A DNA stretch of 64,000 nucleotides from Okamejei kenojei (lineage: Eukaryota): NCBI GenBank assembly GCA_035221665.1, contig CM069162.1:27032001-27096000 (forward strand), written 5' to 3'. Under the pieces are notes generated by a model. The model was not told the DNA's origin. It was given only the letters and a program-made list of their open reading frames with translations, and searched no databases. Position numbers and translations under genes: made by a program. Below are positions 51,901 to 57,900 of this stretch, one piece after another; the first letter of the stretch is position 1, and each line of letters starts with the position of its first letter.

Positions 51901-54900
51901 TTGCCTCTCCTACTTCCTCTGGCTGTTTGTTCCAAACATCCACAACCCTCCGTTCATATTCCTGTGCTATGCTTAGTGCAATTCTGAGGAATTTCAAAGA
52001 TAACGGTAAAAGTTTCAGAAGAACTCAGGAGCTTGTAAGATAAAGGTACAAACCTGAATGTCTTGCTCATTTGTGCTGCGGGGGAGTGGTGGCTGTTGAA
52101 TGGGGGTAGTTCTATGATCAGCGCAGTTTCCTTTTCAGTGTTTACAAATGAAAACTCTTGGAAACTGCATGTCATCACGAAGCTTGGAAGGATCAGGGCC
52201 ACTTGTTAAATAGTTCCATAGTGTTTCAGCTTAAAACGAAAGCCCATTTATATTGAAAGGTGCCTGGTGGCCAAGACGTTTGTTCCACTGGTGGAGAAAA
52301 GAAGAGAGAGATGATTGAGTTCACGCCAATGAAGGCTCAGTGTGCCCCTCTCCACAGTCCTAATGACCTTTCAGCTTCCTTTGGAATGTTTCTGATAAAT
52401 CCTCCTCCACCATCATAAAAGTGATTTACTGTAATCAAACCCTTCATGATTTTGAACACATCTTTTGATTCACCTTTCTTCAACAAATTCATCTTCTTTA
52501 CTTTTGCCAAAAGTCAGTTTAAATCACATACTTTTCTGGACATCCCATCTATCTATCCAGTGTGTTGCATTCTTCTAAAGTGTTTCAAGAATTGTTCACA
52601 TTATTCCAGCTGAGGACTAACCTATGCTTTCCAAAGTTTATGATTTGTTTAAATAATTTTTACTTTCATAAAGCAATACAGCACAGAAACGGGCCCTTCA
52701 GCCCATCAAATCCATGCCAACCATCCACTGTATGGATTGGGCAGGGTAGGAAGAATTGTTTAACAGAACAAAGTTTAATGCAAAGAAGACACAATATGTT
52801 GGAATAACTCAACAGGTCAGGCAGCATCCCTTGAGAATACTGGTAGGTGATGATTCTATCCGAATGTTTAATGCTGCTAAATTGGACTCCCAGCACATTG
52901 ACATGCACAGGATGTTGCAATGCCTCTCCCGTCCGGCGTGATCAGTTGCAGTAACAAATATAGTGTTGAGGACGCACCTCAACAGGTCAAGTCTGCTGTT
53001 TAAATTGAAATTTGTGAATCTCTTTGTTGTTTACAAATGCTCAAATTCCCTTGGGTTTTATCAAAGATGACATTAAAGATTAAATTATTAACACACATTC
53101 AAAATTAACTTTAAAAAAAACACTTAAAACAAAATCATGTATGCTAACTTAATTTAAAATGAACACCAAGCTTTATTGGCCGCAGAGAAATCTGCAGATG
53201 GGTTGCCTGGGACTGCTGAGGTCTTGTGGCCAGTAGCTTCTGAGCACATTTTTATGGAGTTCAATGTGTTAGATATTTGATCTTAGAGATAGTGGGGAGC
53301 TTCAACCCAACAACTTAAAATTGGGCTGAAAGCTAGACTGCGAATATTTTGTCACTAAGCTGTTACAGTCGCAAGCACCACATGTCATCCCAAATGACTA
53401 ACCTTTGTTTCTCTTTCATTTCACTTAGGCTGGCTGCTCCACTGCTGGGTTGGTCCTTGACATGCTTATCTTCCTAATGGATGCAATACAAACAAACTTT
53501 CAACAAGCCTCAGCGGTTGGCAGCAGCAGCAGGGCCCAACAGGCGTTAGATGATCTGCACACAATGGAGAAGAATATGGAAATGACTGACCAGCTGATGG
53601 TACGCCCTGGAACTGGAAATGGAGTGTTGAGGGTTAGAAAGTGTTTGGTACAGTAATTGAGTATGCTGAATAATGTAAAGCTGTGCGTTATGTAAGCTGT
53701 GTTGTCCCTCTGTAACGTGCAGTGAAATATACCCTTGTATCATCCAAATTCAAGCCACATGGTGCAGTGCCCCAGCGCTCATCTTGAACCATTTAATTTT
53801 CATAGCAGGTCCTTATATGTCACCATGCACATAATAAAGTGAAATACATGAGGATGATATTTTTATAATATAACCAGCAGAAAATAATATAGTGCCAAAT
53901 ACTGATTCATGAAGTAAATAAATGTCTTGTGTGAAATTGAAATATGAACCATCCTTTGCATCATAGCTGCACCACTCAGTTCCTGTCACCATATTTTGTG
54001 GTGCCTTTTATCTTCAAAAATAACAAAACACAAGGAACTACTGAAGGAATAACTTGTGTGAATATCCAAGTACATATGAAATATTGCAAAACAGGATGTG
54101 GCGAAGTAATTGCTTCTGTCATTCAGAATATTTGCAATGTTTATTTTTTTAATCAACTGGGGTGGAATATCTTTTTTTAATTTTGATTTCTGTTAATTTT
54201 GTGTCTTAAGCTACATTTGCTTCAGTAAGTTGCCGCTTTTTCTTTTTTATTTTGCTGTTTTTTTTACTGGAATTATTCATTTTGGGTCTTGGATGTTTTG
54301 ATGCTCCTGACAATATTCTGGTCTTACAGGTTCCAACACTGGGCTCTCAGGAAGGGGCCTTTGAGAACGTACGGATGAACTACAGTGGCGATCAGGGACA
54401 AACGATCCGTCAGCTGATCAGTGCGCACGTGCTGCGCCGTGTTGCTATGTGCGTCCTTTCCTCTCCCCATGGACGCCGACAGCACCTCGCAGTCAGCCAT
54501 GAGAAAGGAAAGGTACGTTTCATTGTCATCTTCAGTATTAACGCCATTTGGAACAGAGTTTATAATAATTTATTTGACGTCAGCAAAGACTCCTGGTGCA
54601 CACCACTGTCTACTATCCTTTAGTCCAGAAAAACTGGATTTATTGGCAGCAGAATCTTTTTAGAAAAAAAACAGATACAATATAATCAAGTATTCCAGCC
54701 ATCCCTGTGTCTATACATCGGTTATTTTTTCTGTTCTCTAGTTGACCACTCTCCTCTTTTTGTTTGTCAATTACATGTCAGTGTTGCACCTTCATCTTCT
54801 CATAGCCACTCCTTTATTTCACATGAATTTATTTATTTTCTATCTGGTTTACGCTGAGAACAATTAGATAAATTCCTTAGTATTATTTCTGTGTAACTTT

Positions 54901-57900
54901 TTGCCTTTTGTAAGCTTCACATGAAATGTACTACCTTGCACTGAGCGCCAGACAAACGTTCCAAGCTTAAAGCCAGCAAAACCAGCAGGCGCACTGGAGA
55001 CATAAAGTGACACCCTCCAATTCCACACTTGTCAAGTTCCCAATTTTTCTAACTCATTGAAGCTGCATTCTGATATCTTACTGATACAACATTGTTGCCA
55101 GTTGATTGGAGATAGTTTGTTTAGGTTTATTATTATCGTGTATCGAGGCATAGTGAAAAGTTTTTTTGCATGCGATCCAATCAAATCAGATAATATTCCA
55201 CATAAATACAATCAAGCCAAACTCAAGTATAATCGGTAGAGCAAATGGGAAGATACAGAGTGCAGAATATAGTTCTCGGCATTGTAGCACAACAGTTCCA
55301 GAGACAAAGTCCAATGCCTGCAATGGTGTAGAGGAGGTTTGGTCAGTACCTTAACTTATGGAAGAACTATCCAGAAGCCTGATAACAGTGGGGAAGAAGC
55401 TATTCCTGAGTTTGATGGCATGTCTGGTTGCTGGGGAGGAGGTTGGAATTACCCAAAACTGTAAGTCAAGCTGCTTTAGAAGAATTCTGATTTTTCATAG
55501 TGGTGTCAAAAATGTATTTGCAAAATGGACCGTCAGATGAAACTTGGCCATACATGCCTTTCCTCCTGTTGCAGATCACAGTGCTCCAGCTATCAGCTTT
55601 ACTCAAGCAGGCTGACTCAAGTAAACGGAAACTGACACTAACTCGACTTGCTTCAGCTCCAGTTCCTTTCACTGTTCTGAGCCTGACTGGAAACCCATGC
55701 AATGAAGATTACCTTGCAGTGTGTGGACTGAAGGTAAGTGATTCCTGGAACCTTTGGTAAAACCACATTACTTAATAAATTTGTTTAGAAAACATAGTAT
55801 CCTTTATCTGATTTTGGCTAAAAAATTGTGTGAGATCATTGCTTCATAAGAAGCATAAGAATACAAAAGCAAGAAAGTCCTTATCTTTATAAACTCCTTA
55901 TTAGACTTCAGCTGGAATATCAGGAGACATTCAGAATTATCATAGCATGTTATTGTTTAGAACGCCTACGTAAGAGCACTCGGCTGTTGCCACTGACTGA
56001 AAAGTAAAAGTATCTCAGTAGTGATGTCCAGAGGGAAAAGGGTGAAAACTTGTCAAGGAGAAGGTTGCATTGATGGGAATGAATGAATGTGTGACTAATT
56101 GGGTATCCCTGTGAGTAAGCAACACCTTCTCTCCTGCGTGATATTGTATCATTTTAATTTTAATGCGGATCCAAATGTGTGTCTTAATCATGGAGCGATA
56201 AATCAACCTTTATCTGTTTTGCTCTTCAGGATTGTCATGTTCTCACATTCAGCAGTTCAGGATCAGTCTCTGATCACCTTGTTCTCCATCCACAACTCGC
56301 CACCGGTAACTTCATCATTAAAGCAGTCTGGTTGCCAGGGTCACAAACAGAACTTGCGATTATAACAGCAGATTTTGTCAAGGTAAGAATAGAATAGCAA
56401 GTCATGTTGTTTAGTTGCTCTACGTTGCTCTTCCACTGCCACAAAATGGGGATATGTCTTTGGTTGCCAAAGTTCATTTATCCCAATCAGATAGACATTG
56501 CTCTTTAAGTAGCTGGAATATAAAAATGATTTTGTGCTACCCATTGTGATTCAGGCAGCTGTGGGTCAGCTGTAGCAAGAAATACATTCAGGGTGCTCCA
56601 CACGTTTGCATCTCAAAGAAAATCCTATCATTAAAATATATTATGCCCAACAACAGCCAGCCTTGTAAGGAATGAATGCAATATTAATTTATATGTTGAC
56701 AGCACTTGATAGTGCATTTGAATATTGGTCCTGATGTGAAAATAGTACTCAATGCTGTGTCCTTTAGTATCCAAGAGAAAGATTTATATTTGTTAACCAT
56801 AATTATTTGCCAGCTTTGTTCCAATTGGCCTCCCTACTGAGGTGGTACAGAGAACAGTACAACACAAGAACAGGACTTTCCCCCCGCAATGTCTATGCCG
56901 AACATGATAACAAGACCATCTCTTATCTGCCTGCACATAATCCATGTGCCTCCATTCCCTGCATATCCATACGCGTATCAAAAAGTCTCTTAAATGCCAC
57001 TATCATATTTCCCTTAAACACCAGCCCAGGCAGAGTGTTCAAGGCAATTACCACCCTCTGTGTAAAAAAAAAACCTTGCCCTGCACATCTTCTTTAAAAT
57101 TTGCCCCTCACCTTAAAGCTATGTCCTCCAGTATTTGACTTTTCCATCCTGGGAAAAAGGTTCTGACTATCCACCGTATCTACGCCTCTCATAATTGTAT
57201 TTATTTCTATCAGGTCTCCCTGCAACTTCTAACGTTGCAGCAAAAACAATTCAAGTCTGTCTAACCTGTCCCTGTTGCTAATACCTCTAATCCACGCATA
57301 ATTCTGGTAAATCTCCTCTGCACCCTCCACAAAACTTCCACATCCGACGAGAACAGCGCGCAATACTCCAAATGTGGCCTAACTATAGTCTTGTAAGTGA
57401 GTAACCATGATTAGTAAGTTAAGAATATCGGGTAGATTCAGATAGGATGTCTGTTCAAATAGAGCCAAAGTGGGATATCATGTGGAAACAGGCCCTTTAG
57501 CCCATTGTCCAAGCTGACCATAAAACACCCATTTGAAATAATGCCACGTTAACATTCTTGTGTTTCTCCTGAAAATGCATGTGGAAATCAACTTTTTTAA
57601 ATTTCATTTCAAAGTTGCTTTAAATTAAACCAGATGATTTTTTGAGGCTCTCGCAGCACATGTAGTTCCTATAGAATATTATTAAAGATGCACTGTGAAG
57701 TTCTTTACCAATTGTGTTCTATATTTCCTGTTCACAGGTTTATGATTTATCCACTGATGCCTTGAGTCCAATGTACTACTTTCTTTTGCCAAGCTCAAAG
57801 ATTCGTGACACAACATTTCTGTTCAATGAGGAAGGGAATAGTATTATTGTCGTCATGTCTTCGGCGGGTTATATGTACACACAAGTGATGGAGGAAGCCA